Shown: positions 30,247-40,500 of the stretch, piece after piece | Position numbering within the stretch: position 1 is the first letter of the stretch | How the letters are laid out: every line of letters starts with the position of its first letter | Assembly (NCBI GenBank): GCA_001872625.1 | Contig: MNXP01000029.1 | Span: forward strand, 19,109-83,108 | DNA length: 64,000 bases | From: Bacteroidetes bacterium CG2_30_33_31 | GTDB taxonomy: Bacteria; Bacteroidota; Bacteroidia; Bacteroidales; UBA1556 | Reading direction: 5' to 3' | Translations under genes and position numbers: made by a program | The notes under the pieces: model-generated | Databases searched by the model: none | Seen by the model: only the letters and a program-made list of their open reading frames with translations | Told to the model about the DNA's origin: nothing

Positions 30247-33200
30247 ATGCAAAACCAATATTCAAAATTAATCGACAATTTAAATGCATTCATCAAGAAG
30301 CATTATTATAATCAGCTGATTAGGGGATTATTATATACGTTTGCCATTATTCTATTTTTCTTTCTTGCCTTCGACATAGCAGAATATTTTTTTTACTTTA
30401 ATAAGGGTTGGAGAATATTTGTAACCACTCTATATATCACCATATCTCTCTTGTCTTTTTCATATTTTATTGCAATTCCACTTTTGCGATTGCTCGGAAT
30501 TATTTCTGGGATAACTCATGAAAAAGCTGCAGTAATTATTGGTAAACACTTCCCAGAAATCAATGACAAACTATTGAATACATTGCAGTTATATCACTTA
30601 AAAACGAACGAGCAAAATTTTAATATAGAGCTGTTAAATGCTTCAATTGAGCAAAAAGCTCTAAAATTAAGTCCCTTTAGATTTAAATTGGCAATAGATT
30701 TTTCTTTGAACCGAAAATATATTAAATTCGTTATTCCACCTCTCATGGTTTTGATAATTCTACTTATATCAGCACCATCTGTAATTATTAACTCCACCAA
30801 AAGATTAATTAATTTTGACAGCACTTTTGTCCCTGACGCCCCTTTTAAATTCGTGCTTTTAAATAAAAATCTAAAAGTAGAAGAGAATAAAGATTTTATG
30901 ATACGGTTGAGGATTGATGGAAAAACAGTTCCTGAGGAATTACAAATTAATATTGATGGCTTTGAATATTTGATGCAGAAGGAAAACAATACGGAGTTTT
31001 CTTTTATGTTGAAGCATGTGAAAAAGAATAAATTATTTTACTTTGTTGGCGACAAGTATTTTAGTCAAAATTATGAGCTAAATTTACTGCATTCACCAGT
31101 AATTACTAAAATAAAAATTATTGCCGAATTTCCTAAATATCTTCACAAAGCAAGTGAAATATTCGACAACGTATCTGATATTTCTGTTCCAGAAGGTACA
31201 TCATTCAAATGGAACATAAATACAAGTGATGTGAGCTCTATAGACATTATTGTCAATAAAAAAACACATCAAGTGCTTTCACAAAAATCTGCCGGTAATT
31301 ATATGTTCTTAGCAAATAAAATTAGGAACAATGTGGAATATCAATTAATTCCAAAGAATAGTGAAATTAATTATTTTGATACTTTAGATTATTATATAGC
31401 GGTAATTAAAGATGAATTTCCGCGAATTAAAATCGATGAGCAAAAGGATAGTATTTATGAAAATATTAGATATTTTAAAGGATTTATTAGAGATGATTAT
31501 GGGTTTAGCAATCTATTTTTTAATGCAAAATTTAAAAATTTAAGAAATCAAGATACAAGTGTAAATATCAGAATATCAATAGATAATAACCAGCAAAGTC
31601 AAGAGTTTTTTTATTATTTTGATGTAAATAGATTAAATTATTTGCCCGGCAGTTCTATTGAATATTCATTTGTGGTTCATGATAATGACGGAATTAATGG
31701 TCCTAAAAGAAGTAGTTCTGAAATTCAAATTATTAGCACTAAGACGAAAGACCAACAAATTGAAGAATCTGATAAAAGAGAGGAGGAAACACAGAAATCA
31801 ATTAGCTCTAATATGAAACAAGCCAAAGACTTGACAAACAAATTAGAAAAGATTAGTAGTAAATTAAAAGGACAAAAAACTCTTTCATGGCAAGATAAAC
31901 AAGAGATTAAGGAAGCTGTAAACAAGTACGAGAAATTACAAAAGGAAATTGAAGAGGATATAAATAAAAACAAACTTGATAATCTTCGCGATAAAGAATC
32001 TCTAAAACTCGATGAAGATATTATGAAGAAGAAGGAGGAATTGGATAAGCTTTTTGATGAACTCATAACTCCAGAAATGAAGCAACTTATTGAAGAGATG
32101 AAAAAGATGCTTGAGAATAATGCAGAAAAGGAAAAGGTTCAAAACGCTCTTGATAAGTTTAAAATGGATTCGGAATATTTAAAAGATCAGCTTGAAAGAG
32201 ATTTGGAGATTATGAAGCAATTGAAATTGGACCAACAATTACAGCAATCCATTGATAAAATTGAAGAAATTCAGAAAAAACAAGAAGACCTAGCGAATAA
32301 ATCTGATTCAAAAAGCACCAATAATGCAAAAAATAAATTGTTCCAAGATAGCTTAAACAAAGAGTTTGATAAGTTTAAAGAGATGATGAAAGAAGTGAGA
32401 GATAATAATTCCGAGCTTGAAAACCCAAATAAACTCGAGAACACAGAAGTTAAAGAAAATGATATTTCCAAAGAAATGGGAAAAAGTAGCGATAATCTTT
32501 CCAAAGGGAATAGCAAGTCTGCCTCTCAAAAACAAAAGTCTGCTTCAGACAAAATGAAAGATTTAGAATCTCAACTTAAAGATATTCAGGCCTCTATGGA
32601 AAGCGAGTCTAATTCGGAGGACATGCAAAACCTAAAAAACATCCTACAAAATTTTATTGAAATTTCATTTAATCAAGAAGCTTTAATGTATGAAGTAAAT
32701 CGTACTTCAAGCCAAGACCCAAAATTTCCAAAATTTGTTGATAATCAAAAGCGAATTTCAAATGATATAGAAATGGTGGCCGATTCATTGACAAAATTAG
32801 CAAAAAGAAATCCTTCTATATCTCCGTTTATAAGCAAAGAGATAGCAAAAGTGAATACTTATTCAAATAAAACATTTTTAGCCCTAAAAGAGCTTAATAC
32901 TATTGGACCAACATCAAAAAATCAGTTCAATTCCGCTGTTCTTGATCAGCAATATATTATGACGTCTGTTAACAATTTGTCGTTGATGCTTAATGAGGTT
33001 TTAGATGATATGCAAAAACAGCAGAATAAAAAAAGTGGAAAAGGAGCATGCAAAAAGCCGAAACCTGGTTCAGGAAATGGGAGCAAATCGATGAGACAAA
33101 TGCAAGAAGATTTGCAGAAACAAATGGAAGAGATGAAAAGCAAGTTGGATAAACAAGGAAAAAAAGGTGAAAATGATGGGAAAGGAAATGCCTCTGGGGA

Positions 33201-33624
33201 AAAAATGAGTGAAGAATTTGCAAAAATGGCGGCCCAGCAAGAAGCAATAAGAAAAAAATTACAAGAGTATAAAGAAAAATTAGGTAAAGAAGGTAGGGGT
33301 GAAGAAGCCAAAGAAATGGGAAAATTGGGAAAGGAAATGGAAAAAAATGAAACTGATTTGGTAAATAAAATACTTACAGCTGAGAGTTTAAAACGCCAAA
33401 AAGAAATTCTGACACGCCTACTTGAATCAGAAAAATCCGATTTTGAAAGAGACGAAAAGGAAGAAAGAGAATCGAAGAGTGGAAAAGATAAAAATAATGG
33501 TAACAAAAATGCAATAATTAAGTATAAGGAGCGTCCGTCAGAGGATTTAGAATTGTTAAAATCTATTCCTCCTAATTTGAAACCGTTTTATAGAAATATG
33601 GTTGAGAATTTTTTTAATAATTAA
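30247..33624 (+). CDS. 1125-aa membrane protein with a very long Lys/Glu/Asp/Gln-rich coiled-coil/low-complexity region (possibly DUF4175-like)
   Basis: Three N-terminal TM helices are followed by a beta-rich middle region. About 600 aa of charged heptad-like sequence follows (KEEL.., QKQMEEMKSKLDKQGKKGE..). The family name is from memory. Confidence 0.6.
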   Translation: MQNQYSKLIDNLNAFIKKHYYNQLIRGLLYTFAIILFFFLAFDIAEYFFYFNKGWRIFVTTLYITISLLSFSYFIAIPLLRLLGIISGITHEKAAVIIGKHFPEINDKLLNTLQLYHLKTNEQNFNIELLNASIEQKALKLSPFRFKLAIDFSLNRKYIKFVIPPLMVLIILLISAPSVIINSTKRLINFDSTFVPDAPFKFVLLNKNLKVEENKDFMIRLRIDGKTVPEELQINIDGFEYLMQKENNTEFSFMLKHVKKNKLFYFVGDKYFSQNYELNLLHSPVITKIKIIAEFPKYLHKASEIFDNVSDISVPEGTSFKWNINTSDVSSIDIIVNKKTHQVLSQKSAGNYMFLANKIRNNVEYQLIPKNSEINYFDTLDYYIAVIKDEFPRIKIDEQKDSIYENIRYFKGFIRDDYGFSNLFFNAKFKNLRNQDTSVNIRISIDNNQQSQEFFYYFDVNRLNYLPGSSIEYSFVVHDNDGINGPKRSSSEIQIISTKTKDQQIEESDKREEETQKSISSNMKQAKDLTNKLEKISSKLKGQKTLSWQDKQEIKEAVNKYEKLQKEIEEDINKNKLDNLRDKESLKLDEDIMKKKEELDKLFDELITPEMKQLIEEMKKMLENNAEKEKVQNALDKFKMDSEYLKDQLERDLEIMKQLKLDQQLQQSIDKIEEIQKKQEDLANKSDSKSTNNAKNKLFQDSLNKEFDKFKEMMKEVRDNNSELENPNKLENTEVKENDISKEMGKSSDNLSKGNSKSASQKQKSASDKMKDLESQLKDIQASMESESNSEDMQNLKNILQNFIEISFNQEALMYEVNRTSSQDPKFPKFVDNQKRISNDIEMVADSLTKLAKRNPSISPFISKEIAKVNTYSNKTFLALKELNTIGPTSKNQFNSAVLDQQYIMTSVNNLSLMLNEVLDDMQKQQNKKSGKGACKKPKPGSGNGSKSMRQMQEDLQKQMEEMKSKLDKQGKKGENDGKGNASGEKMSEEFAKMAAQQEAIRKKLQEYKEKLGKEGRGEEAKEMGKLGKEMEKNETDLVNKILTAESLKRQKEILTRLLESEKSDFERDEKEERESKSGKDKNNGNKNAIIKYKERPSEDLELLKSIPPNLKPFYRNMVENFFNN

Positions 33625-33665
33625 TAATAAAATTTTGCAAAGCAAAATGTTAAATTCATGATTGC

Positions 33666-34154
33666 ATGAACACGATTAATCATAATATTTCTTTAAGCAG
33701 CAACGCTGGTGAAATATACAAAATTGAATCTTTCGTCGAAAGTATTTGCGACGAACTTGGAATTTATAGTAACTATTTCGGAAACATAATAGTTAGTCTA
33801 TCAACGGTATTCGAAGAATGTCTTAGGTTAAATTCTACAGGATTTGACCTATTGGATATTAGTTTTTACAATGATTCTGAAGGACTTGTATTTCGAATAG
33901 AACCTAAAAGCACACAGATTATTGAAGAAATTAACTCAATTCGCAGCCAAAATAATTTGATATGGGAGAAAGAAGAATTTAATTGGTTTCTGATAATTAG
34001 TAAACTTGCAGACAGCATTACTATTGAAGAAAACAAAATTATTATACAATTTGCCATCGCAAGTATTAATCAAGAACTTGCTTCTACACGAGTAGAAATT
34101 TTACTTTCCTATTATAGTGGAAACATGATTGAAGATAAAAAATATTTGAATTAA
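33666..34154 (+). CDS. Small cytoplasmic protein of unknown function; faint resemblance to RsbW/SpoIIAB-type HATPase folds with a degenerate N-box
   Basis: 162 aa. The pattern IYKIESFVESICDELGI...IIVSLSTVFEECLRLNS resembles the first helices of anti-sigma kinase-like proteins, but lacks the canonical Asn context. Its stop overlaps the ybeY start (TAATG). Confidence 0.3.
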   Translation: MNTINHNISLSSNAGEIYKIESFVESICDELGIYSNYFGNIIVSLSTVFEECLRLNSTGFDLLDISFYNDSEGLVFRIEPKSTQIIEEINSIRSQNNLIWEKEEFNWFLIISKLADSITIEENKIIIQFAIASINQELASTRVEILLSYYSGNMIEDKKYLN

Positions 34155-34585
34155 TGCCAATACATTTTTATTCGCAGGACACAAAATTTGTATTAAAAAA
34201 GAAACGCATAATTTCTACATGGCTCAATTCGGCAGCTACTAAAGAAGGCAATCAGATTATTGAATTATCCTATATTTTTTGTTCCGATGATTATCTTCAT
34301 AAAATCAATATCGAATATTTAAATCATGATAGCCTGACAGATGTAATAACTTTTCCTTATGAAATTGAAGGAGGAATTAAATCGGATATATTTATTAGCT
34401 ATGATCGTTGTAAAGATAATTCTCATGAATTTAAAGTTGCTATTTCTCATGAAATTCACAGAGTGATGATTCACGGCCTTTTACATTTGCTAGGCTACAA
34501 TGACAAGAATAAAACTGACAAATCAATTATGACTTCTAAGGAAGATTATTATTTATCTTTGCTGCCTGAAAATATTCATTTATAG
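34154..34585 (+). CDS. ybeY: Endoribonuclease YbeY (rRNA maturation factor)
   Basis: Zinc motif HRVMIHGLLHLLGYND (HxxxHxxxxxH). ~140 aa. Confidence 0.9.
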   Translation: MPIHFYSQDTKFVLKKKRIISTWLNSAATKEGNQIIELSYIFCSDDYLHKINIEYLNHDSLTDVITFPYEIEGGIKSDIFISYDRCKDNSHEFKVAISHEIHRVMIHGLLHLLGYNDKNKTDKSIMTSKEDYYLSLLPENIHL

Positions 34586-34743
34586 GAATAATATTTAGCA
34601 ATATTCTCCATTTCTATTTACCCAATTTGTTTTATTACAATTAGTTAAAATATTTAATTAGTAAATAGGGGAGTTTAAAATCGAAGTTAGACAGAATATT
34701 TTTAAATAAATCAATTGACAGTGTTTCACGTGGAACCAAGAAT

Positions 34744-36618
34744 ATGTTTGAAAAATATGATATAATTGTTGTTGGAGGAGGTCATGCAGGCGGTGAAGCC
34801 GCTGCAGCAGCTGCTAAATTGGGCTCCAGAGTTTTATTAATTACATTAAGTAGAATTTCTATTGGTCAGATGTCTTGCAATCCTGCAATGGGTGGCATTG
34901 CCAAAGGTCAACTTGTGCGAGAAATTGATGCTTTAGGTGGTCTTTCTGGAATAATTACAGACAAAACTATGATTCAATTTCGAATGCTCAATATATCAAA
35001 AGGCCCTGCAATGTGGAGTCCACGAGCTCAATGCGACAGAAGACTTTATAGTTATGAGTGGCTAAATCAGTTAGAAAAGATTCCTAATGTTGACTTTTGG
35101 GAAGATATGGTTGTTGGGTTAATTATTAAAAACAATAAAATTTCTGGCGTTAAAACAAGAATGGGAATTGATATTTTTTCAAAAGCTGTAATATTAACAA
35201 ATGGAACTTTCTTAAATGGTAAGATTTTTATTGGTGAAAAGAACTTTGTTGGAGGACGAATAGGAGAAAAAGCGTCAACAGGAATCACCGAACAACTTAT
35301 AGAATTGGGTTTTGAATCGCGAAGAATGAAGACAGGAACGCCCGTTAGAGTTGATGGTAGAAGTCTGGATTTTGATAAAATGATTGAGCAAAAAGGAGAT
35401 GAAAACCCAAAGAAATTCTCATTCTCAGATACAAAACCATTGAAGTCTCAACGCAGTTGTTACCTGACTTATACTAATGAAAATGTTCACGAAGCTCTAA
35501 AAACTGGCTTTGATAAAAGTCCGTTATTTGTGGGCAGAATCAAAGGAGTTGGTCCACGATATTGTCCCTCTATTGAAGATAAAATCGAAAGATTTAGTGA
35601 TAAAACAAGACATCAACTCTTTATTGAGCCTGAAGGTTGGGATACTCATGAAATTTATGTGAATGGCTTTTCCTCGAGTCTTCCCGAAGATGTTCAATTT
35701 AAAGCATTAAGATTAGTCCCAGGATTCGAAAAGGCAAAAATATTCCGTCCCGGATATGCCATTGAATATGACTTTTTTCCACCAACTCAATTAAAATATT
35801 CTCTTGAAACAAAACTTTTTGATAATCTATATTTTGCTGGACAAATAAATGGAACCACCGGATACGAAGAAGCGGCTGCTCAAGGAATAATGGCTGGTAT
35901 TAATGCTTCTTTAAAAATTCGCGAAAAAGAGGAATTTGTTTTGAAAAGATCACAGGCATATATTGGTGTTCTAATCGACGATTTGATAACAAAAGGTACT
36001 GAAGAACCTTATAGAATGTTCACTTCAAGAGCAGAATTTCGAACTTTGCTCCGACAAGATAATGCTGACTTACGACTTACTCCTTTATCTTTTGCTATAG
36101 GATTGGCTACTCAAGAAAGTTTAAAAAGAACAGATAACAAGTATAAAAAGGTAGCCTTAATTACTGATTTTTTAAACTCTCAGAGTGTTTCTCCTGATAT
36201 TTTAGATAATTATTTGGAAAATTCAAGCTCCAATATTCTCAAACAAAAAGTAAAAATATCAACGGTTTTGCTAAGACCGCAAATAAGTTTAAAAGGCTTA
36301 ATTGATAATGTACCCGATTTAAAACAGTTTGTTAATAGCATTGATGCCGATAATGAGGAGATAATTGAAGAAACCGATATTGCCGTCAAATATAAATCTT
36401 ATATTGAAAAGGAGCAGATTAATGCCGAGAGAATTTTAAAATACGAATATATAAAATTGGATAAAGATTTTGCTTATAATAATATTCAAGCATTATCATG
36501 GGAAGCCCGAGAAAAATTATCGAAACAACTTCCAGAAACTATCGGACAAGCTTCAAGAATTAGTGGAGTTTCTCCAGCAGATGTTTCCGTTTTGCTAATT
36601 TATCTAAATCGGTCATAA
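34744..36618 (+). CDS. mnmG: tRNA uridine-5-carboxymethylaminomethyl synthesis enzyme MnmG (GidA)
   Basis: YDIIVVGGGHAGGEAAAAAAKLG FAD motif, GQMSCNPAMGG, PRYCPSIEDK, and C-terminal GQASRISGVSPADVSVLLIYL. Confidence 0.95.
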   Translation: MFEKYDIIVVGGGHAGGEAAAAAAKLGSRVLLITLSRISIGQMSCNPAMGGIAKGQLVREIDALGGLSGIITDKTMIQFRMLNISKGPAMWSPRAQCDRRLYSYEWLNQLEKIPNVDFWEDMVVGLIIKNNKISGVKTRMGIDIFSKAVILTNGTFLNGKIFIGEKNFVGGRIGEKASTGITEQLIELGFESRRMKTGTPVRVDGRSLDFDKMIEQKGDENPKKFSFSDTKPLKSQRSCYLTYTNENVHEALKTGFDKSPLFVGRIKGVGPRYCPSIEDKIERFSDKTRHQLFIEPEGWDTHEIYVNGFSSSLPEDVQFKALRLVPGFEKAKIFRPGYAIEYDFFPPTQLKYSLETKLFDNLYFAGQINGTTGYEEAAAQGIMAGINASLKIREKEEFVLKRSQAYIGVLIDDLITKGTEEPYRMFTSRAEFRTLLRQDNADLRLTPLSFAIGLATQESLKRTDNKYKKVALITDFLNSQSVSPDILDNYLENSSSNILKQKVKISTVLLRPQISLKGLIDNVPDLKQFVNSIDADNEEIIEETDIAVKYKSYIEKEQINAERILKYEYIKLDKDFAYNNIQALSWEAREKLSKQLPETIGQASRISGVSPADVSVLLIYLNRS

Positions 36619-36802
36619 TTTCACGTGAAACCACATAAAAATATTTTTCGTTTAATTTTAAATGATTTTAGCGCCTAAGATGCAATTTTAATAAAACCCC
36701 CTAAATGATGTCCGAAAGTCTTTTATAAGGCGGCTAATGAGGTCAAATTTTATAACAAATAAATATCTATTTTACAACATGTTATGAAAAAATATCCTAA
36801 AA

Positions 36803-36828
36803 TGGGCTTATTATAGCCCACATTTTTT
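36803..36828 (+). terminator. Rho-independent terminator about 185 nt downstream of the mnmG stop
   Basis: TGGGCT-tattat-AGCCCA hairpin followed by CATTTTTTG. Confidence 0.5.
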
Positions 36829-36849
36829 GTCTTATCTCGTATTTTCAAC

Positions 36850-36857
36850 TATTTTTG
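36850..36857 (+). promoter_or_regulatory. -7 box TATTTTTG upstream of the sensor kinase
   Basis: Exact match 25 nt before the ATG at 36883, downstream of the terminator at 36803-36828. Confidence 0.5.
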
Positions 36858-36882
36858 TTTCTATGAACTTGAAAACAAAAAT

Positions 36883-39800
36883 ATGAAGGCGTTATTTTTA
36901 AAAAAAATAAAATTATGGATTTCAGCTTTTCTCTTTCTGTTTTTCATTCTATATATTTCCATTATTAATTTTTCCATAAGCAAAAAGTTTTATCAAGCAA
37001 AACTTCAAAAACTTATAAATTCTGTTGAAATAAAATTCGAAAAATTTCCCTTAAGAAATATTGATGACATAAATAGCAAGACTAATCTTTTAGCAGACAA
37101 AAATTTTATTTTGCTCAAATATAAGAATGATTCTTTGTTTTTTTGGAACACTAATAAATTTCCTCAGAATAATTCTTCAACGCAAAAGAATAATGAAATT
37201 TCAATTGACTATAATTCTTTCGGAATTTTTATCAAAAAAGTAACCATTAAAGATGGAACAAAGACAATCTTTCTTTATAAAATAAAAGACAATTACTCTC
37301 TGGAGAACGAATATTTAGAAAATGATTTTGTGGATAAAGTAAAACTGCCAAAAGGTGTTGAAATTTCGAAAAGCAAGACCAAATATTCACTTTTTAATTC
37401 CTCAAAAAAAACCATTGCATATCTAACTTTCAATAAAGTTGAGCCTTCCGATGCGAGCATTATTATTATGTATATAACTCTTCTACTTGCAGTTATATAT
37501 TTTATTTCGTATTTAATTATTGTTTTTAAGGAGAAGAATATTTCTCCAATAGTTCAGAGAATTATTATTTATAGCATTATTCTGGTTTATTATATACTGG
37601 TTATTTACTCCAATTCTTTATCATTTTTACGAGAATCTGAGGTTTTTTTGCCTTCGTCATTTGCCTACACTCAAGCTATTACTTCAATTGGTTCGCTTTT
37701 GACTTTACTTTGGTCACTATTCATTTTAATTATGGTTGAAATTGAAATAGAGAAGTCAAGTAATAATAAACACAACAAAATTGGACATTTATACCCGTAT
37801 TTGGCAATTTTTTTAGAATCACTTTTATTCATTTGGCTAATTGGTACTTTGAGAATAGCCGTAATTAATACTTCGCCCGATATTGATTTAACAAATATAA
37901 CATCTCTTGGCATTATTGGGCTTTTTGGGCTTTTGAGTTTAATAATTTTAGCCATTAATTTTATTGTTTTAAGCAATTTTATATTTAATAAAATCAAGGA
38001 TTTATACATAAAGAATAAGCTATTTTTCTATTTTTTCTTAATTATTAATTTAGCATTTGTTTATTGGATTTTGAGTTCTGGCGGCAACAGTTTTATTAAT
38101 GTGCTGTTATTATTAGTAATTTTTGTTTTATATATACCTAAACTTAAGTGGAAAATTTTTAACTCAGCAAGTTTTTTTATCATCATTGTTATAATTATTT
38201 CGTTTATAATTAATTATAATCTTGTAGAAATTAATACAATTAAAGAGCAGAATAGACGAGAATCTTTAATTCAAACATTAGCCATCAATCAAGATCCTGA
38301 AGCCGAATATTTATTTTCTAATATCGAAGCTAAAATATATAATGATAGCACTTTAAAAAAAATTATTCATGAACAGAAAGAAACCAATAGTGAAATTACA
38401 GATTATATATTATTAAAATATTTTAAGCAGAATAGCCATTGGTCAAAATACGATTTTCAAATAACTCTTTGCGATCAGAAGACAAACTTACTTATAAAAC
38501 CAAAAAATCAGGAGATAAACTGTGCCGATTTCTTTTATCAAAGCCTATTATCTCTGGGTTCCATTACATCTAACAATAACCTATACAGAATGGAATATGG
38601 AACTGGTCAAATAAATTATTTGGGAATATTAAAATTCAAAAAATCAAAAGAAATTAATTACACTTTTTATGTAGAAATTAATTCCAAAATTAAGAGAAAG
38701 GGTTTTACAAAACTTCTTAGTCCCTCGGGTTTAGACCCATTCGAAAGGCTTAGAAACTATTCATTAGCAAAATACGTAAATGATACATTAGCAGAATCTT
38801 ATGGAAATTATGAATATAAATCTGTTATCGTAGATACCATAAAAATAGATGATTTGATATTTATAAATCAAAATGGAGACAATCATCTTTTTTATAAATT
38901 GAACAAAAAAGAAGTTTTTATTTTAAGCAAGCCAAACGTTTCTTTATTAAGTCAAATTGCACCTTTTGCCTACCTTTTTACCTTGATATTAATACTTACT
39001 TTTATTCTTTTAATTCAGTTTAATAAAGACTTCATATTTTGGAAAATTTCTCAAAGTTTTTCATTCAGGCTTCAAGTTAGTTTTATAGTACTTATTGGAA
39101 TTTCAATAATATTAATAACATGGATTTCAATATTTTATATTAAAGGATTAAATTCCGACAAAGATTTGAAAACCATAAAATCTACTGCAATTTCACTTCA
39201 AACGGAATTTGAACATAAATTAGCAAATACAGTTACTGAAAATACAAACATGCGCGATTATTTAAATGAGTTATCAAGCAAATTTGCAATTGTTTTTAGT
39301 GTCGATATTAATTTGTATAGCCTTGATGGAGAGCTACTAACGACTACCAGACCAGAGCTTTTTGCTTATAATTTATTATCTAATAAAATTTCACCAGATG
39401 CGCTTTATTTCCTCGACAAGAAAAAAGAAATCTATATAGTTCAGGCAGAAAATATAGGAAAACTTGATTATTTTTCGGCATATATGCCATTTCATGATGC
39501 AAATAATAGAGTGGTTGCATATTTGAATATTCCATATTTTGCACAACAAGATAAGCTTAGCCAAGAGGTTTCAAGCTTTATAATGACGCTTATTAATGCC
39601 TATATTTTTATTATTTTCTTCTCTATTTTAGCCATAATACTTTTATCAAGTTATATTATAAGACCATTAAAAATGATAAAAGAAAAGATGCAAAAAATAA
39701 GAGTTGGAAAACAAAATGATTACATAAATTGGAATAAAAATGATGAAATTGGAGACTTAATTGAGCAATATAACAAAATGGTTGATAAGCTTGCTGTTAG

Positions 39801-40500
39801 CGCCGAATTGCTTGCAAAATCGGAGCGAGAAAGTGCATGGCAGCAAATGGCACAACAAGTTGCTCACGAAATTAAAAATCCATTAACTCCTATGAAACTG
39901 AGCCTTCAATATCTTATGAAAGCAATAGATGATGGCGCAGTAGATTGGGAAGACAGGTTGCGTAAACTGAGCCGTACTTTGATAGAACAAATCGACACCT
40001 TGGCTGATATTGCCACAGCTTTTTCAGATTTTGCAAAAATGCCAACAAACCATTTAGAAATCTTTGATTTGAAAGAGGCTTTGGAATCTTCTGCCAAAAT
40101 ATTTCAAGACTTAGAAAACGTCGAAATAAATATTGATGAATTGCCTCAAAAATACTGGGTTAACGCAGACAAAAACCAAATGATTAGAGTATATAATAAT
40201 CTGATAAAGAATGCAATACAATCGTATAACTTTAATGAAAAAGCAAAGATTAACATTAAAATAATTGATGAAAACGAAAATTGGAAAACCATTATTAGTG
40301 ATTATGGTATTGGAATTTCAGAGGACGAAATTGACAAAATCTTTATACCAAATTTCACTACCAAAAGTGGTGGAATGGGTTTAGGTCTCGCTATGGTAAA
40401 AAACATTATTTCAAACAATAATGGAAGAATTGAATTTGAAACTGAGATAGGAAAAGGAACATCTTTTTTTGTGTATCTAAAAAAAGCTGAAAATGAGTAA
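36883..40500 (+). CDS. Large polytopic sensor histidine kinase (HAMP-HisKA-HATPase_c), with no cognate response regulator in the window
   Basis: 1205 aa with more than 10 predicted TM helices in two blocks. The H-box is QVAHEIKNPLTPM, the N-box NLIKNAIQS, and the G-boxes DYGIGI and GGMGLGL. Confidence 0.85.
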   Translation: MKALFLKKIKLWISAFLFLFFILYISIINFSISKKFYQAKLQKLINSVEIKFEKFPLRNIDDINSKTNLLADKNFILLKYKNDSLFFWNTNKFPQNNSSTQKNNEISIDYNSFGIFIKKVTIKDGTKTIFLYKIKDNYSLENEYLENDFVDKVKLPKGVEISKSKTKYSLFNSSKKTIAYLTFNKVEPSDASIIIMYITLLLAVIYFISYLIIVFKEKNISPIVQRIIIYSIILVYYILVIYSNSLSFLRESEVFLPSSFAYTQAITSIGSLLTLLWSLFILIMVEIEIEKSSNNKHNKIGHLYPYLAIFLESLLFIWLIGTLRIAVINTSPDIDLTNITSLGIIGLFGLLSLIILAINFIVLSNFIFNKIKDLYIKNKLFFYFFLIINLAFVYWILSSGGNSFINVLLLLVIFVLYIPKLKWKIFNSASFFIIIVIIISFIINYNLVEINTIKEQNRRESLIQTLAINQDPEAEYLFSNIEAKIYNDSTLKKIIHEQKETNSEITDYILLKYFKQNSHWSKYDFQITLCDQKTNLLIKPKNQEINCADFFYQSLLSLGSITSNNNLYRMEYGTGQINYLGILKFKKSKEINYTFYVEINSKIKRKGFTKLLSPSGLDPFERLRNYSLAKYVNDTLAESYGNYEYKSVIVDTIKIDDLIFINQNGDNHLFYKLNKKEVFILSKPNVSLLSQIAPFAYLFTLILILTFILLIQFNKDFIFWKISQSFSFRLQVSFIVLIGISIILITWISIFYIKGLNSDKDLKTIKSTAISLQTEFEHKLANTVTENTNMRDYLNELSSKFAIVFSVDINLYSLDGELLTTTRPELFAYNLLSNKISPDALYFLDKKKEIYIVQAENIGKLDYFSAYMPFHDANNRVVAYLNIPYFAQQDKLSQEVSSFIMTLINAYIFIIFFSILAIILLSSYIIRPLKMIKEKMQKIRVGKQNDYINWNKNDEIGDLIEQYNKMVDKLAVSAELLAKSERESAWQQMAQQVAHEIKNPLTPMKLSLQYLMKAIDDGAVDWEDRLRKLSRTLIEQIDTLADIATAFSDFAKMPTNHLEIFDLKEALESSAKIFQDLENVEINIDELPQKYWVNADKNQMIRVYNNLIKNAIQSYNFNEKAKINIKIIDENENWKTIISDYGIGISEDEIDKIFIPNFTTKSGGMGLGLAMVKNIISNNNGRIEFETEIGKGTSFFVYLKKAENE

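Noticed and set aside
31725-33506. Four long minus-strand ORFs (31725-32066, 32271-32516, 32946-33506, 32990-33247) inside the 1125-aa gene
   Set aside because: They are shadow frames created by the AAG/GAA-rich coding strand. They translate to Ser/Phe/Leu low-complexity strings and are fully nested in a much longer, better-supported ORF.
34724-36632. Near-identical 14-mers TTTCACGTGGAACC (34724-34737) and TTTCACGTGAAACC (36619-36632) flanking mnmG, with a CACGTG palindromic core
   Set aside because: A 13/14 match between two sites in 64 kb is expected many times by chance (rough estimate: hundreds of such pairs, more in AT-rich DNA). The flanking positions are suggestive, but I cannot separate this from coincidence without genome-wide motif counts.
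34586-37337. A possible replication origin near mnmG (gidA is oriC-linked in many bacteria)
   Set aside because: I found no DnaA-box cluster. The only exact TGTGGATAA I noticed (37329-37337) is a single copy inside the kinase coding region, and the intergenic regions beside mnmG lack such boxes.
15691-40500. The same 8-nt overlap junction ATGAGTAA is used at two unrelated gene pairs (15691-15698 and 40493-40500)
   Set aside because: It is simply a stop (TAA) overlapping a start (ATG AGT). Identical sequence at two sites is most simply coincidence in an AT-rich genome. It is noted only as evidence of translational coupling at each site.
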